A stretch of DNA of 64,000 bases from Tolypothrix carrinoi HA7290-LM1 (GTDB taxonomy: Bacteria > Cyanobacteriota > Cyanobacteriia > Cyanobacteriales > Nostocaceae), in the NCBI GenBank assembly GCA_019358935.1, contig JAHHIK010000007.1:1-64000 (forward strand). The letters are read 5' to 3'. This document shows, piece after piece, positions 62,951 to 64,000 of the stretch. The notes under the pieces are model-generated. The model made no database searches. It was not told the DNA's origin and worked only from the letters and a program-made list of their open reading frames with translations. The position numbers were made by a program, and so were the translations under genes. How positions within the stretch are numbered: position 1 is the first letter of the stretch; every line of letters starts with the position of its first letter.

Positions 62951-63007
62951 CAAAATTAATAAACTACACTAGCATTTAAATCCTTTGTTGATCGCCCTTT
63001 CCTGACA

Positions 63008-64000
63008 ATGCTAGATAAGCATAAGATTGATCAGCTACTGAACGCCTGGTTGGATTTCTTTTATCTGGAAAACCTTTCCCATGCTGAAGTTGATGCTGCC
63101 GACGATGATAACCAAATCTTGGACAAAGGCATCTCCCTGGTCGGCGACAATCTGCTTATAGAAGAATCTTTATTTAAACAACTCAAGCAACAATTCCTCG
63201 CGCTCAAGAAGAAAGGTAAAAATAATGACTTTCAAATGGCTGTAGCTTTGCCTCAAATTTGGCGGGCAATTGAAGGCAGTCGCCGATTTTATCCCCTGTT
63301 TAAGATTGATATTTCCAGCATCTTTCAAGGCAACTACCGCGCTAAAGGTTGGGATTTGAATTCTTTTGAGTTCCAACCCGTTCCCCCAAACTTGATGGAA
63401 TTGTATCAGCTTGACGAAGAAGAAATCGAAGCCTTAGTCATAAAAGAAGGTCTCAAGGTCTTCTTAGAAACCACCTTTAAGCAATCTTTCACCAGCCTGC
63501 AAGACTTTCTTGACCTTGTTGACTTGCCAGTCAAACCTTACACAACCAAACGCGCTCCCTATCTGCTGCACTTTGACTTCGTTGCTTACAATTACAATCT
63601 CAAAAAAGACTTACAGAAAATATTAGAGCAGCCGCAGTGGGAGTGGGCAGAACCAGGTCATCCCGCTTATGAGTATCTGTTTGGGCAACCCCAACCACCA
63701 CACCATGAAGTGCTGTTTCTGGGTGCTTTTCCGACTCATCCCCCCACGGACTCTCAAGCAGTGGCTCTCAAACACACCCAAGAGAACCCCATCACTGCCG
63801 TTATTGGTCCTCCAGGAAATGGCAAGACTACCTTGCTGTTGCACAAACTAGCCCAGCAAGTGGTCAAACGGGCTGTGCAGTTGGCGCAAACGGGACAAGA
63901 TGAAAGTAATTTGACCCTAGTTACCAGTACGAACAACCGGGCTGTCTCCAATGTTGAGCAACGATTAGCTCAAGACTTCCCAACCAACCGATTTTATTTA
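63008..64000 (+). CDS. Superfamily 1 (Upf1/DNA2-like) helicase domain protein, runs off the window
   Basis: My translation MLDKHKIDQLLNAWLDF...; SQAVAL Q-motif, GPPGNGKT Walker A, VTSTNNRAVSNV motif Ia. Confidence 0.82.
   Translation, partial: MLDKHKIDQLLNAWLDFFYLENLSHAEVDAADDDNQILDKGISLVGDNLLIEESLFKQLKQQFLALKKKGKNNDFQMAVALPQIWRAIEGSRRFYPLFKIDISSIFQGNYRAKGWDLNSFEFQPVPPNLMELYQLDEEEIEALVIKEGLKVFLETTFKQSFTSLQDFLDLVDLPVKPYTTKRAPYLLHFDFVAYNYNLKKDLQKILEQPQWEWAEPGHPAYEYLFGQPQPPHHEVLFLGAFPTHPPTDSQAVALKHTQENPITAVIGPPGNGKTTLLLHKLAQQVVKRAVQLAQTGQDESNLTLVTSTNNRAVSNVEQRLAQDFPTNRFYL

Overview
Plasmid-type DNA from a filamentous, probably heterocyst-forming, cyanobacterium (frequent HIP1 GCGATCGC, heptamer repeats, cyanobacterial plasmid gene set). 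Bases 1-1792 recur at 42773-44564 (identical for the first 876 bp, then diverged), so the window reads as a 42,772-bp plasmid-like unit joined to a related replicon, either a cointegrate or an assembly join. The unit carries decayed TA and R-M genes, a tyrosine recombinase, ParA with a partner, a group II intron fragment, IS elements, and an amino-acid-derived metabolite cluster (methyltransferase, heme-oxygenase-like diiron candidate, Ald, aminotransferase, short LeuA, MFS, GNAT, MocR). It also has a frameshifted ParM with ParR, a frameshifted MobV relaxase, TnpB, a truncated FHA-like gene, a CyRepA-type replicase and a six-gene operon ending in a membrane-anchored FtsK/HerA-like ATPase. The right part carries an HNH gene, a single-module KS-AT-DH-MT-ER-KR-ACP-TE PKS with a SyrP/TauD-like oxygenase and devBC, parAB and the start of an SF1 helicase. 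The most notable observations are (1) nine copies of an 18-bp palindrome, a candidate parS array, written in frame inside parB with three more non-coding copies upstream of parA, (2) two small peptides sharing the core CCADEFGNCISC, one with a signal peptide and one below the ORF cutoff, and (3) the uncharacterised membrane-ATPase operon as a candidate DNA translocation or spreading system. All functional calls come from motif recognition, with no database search.
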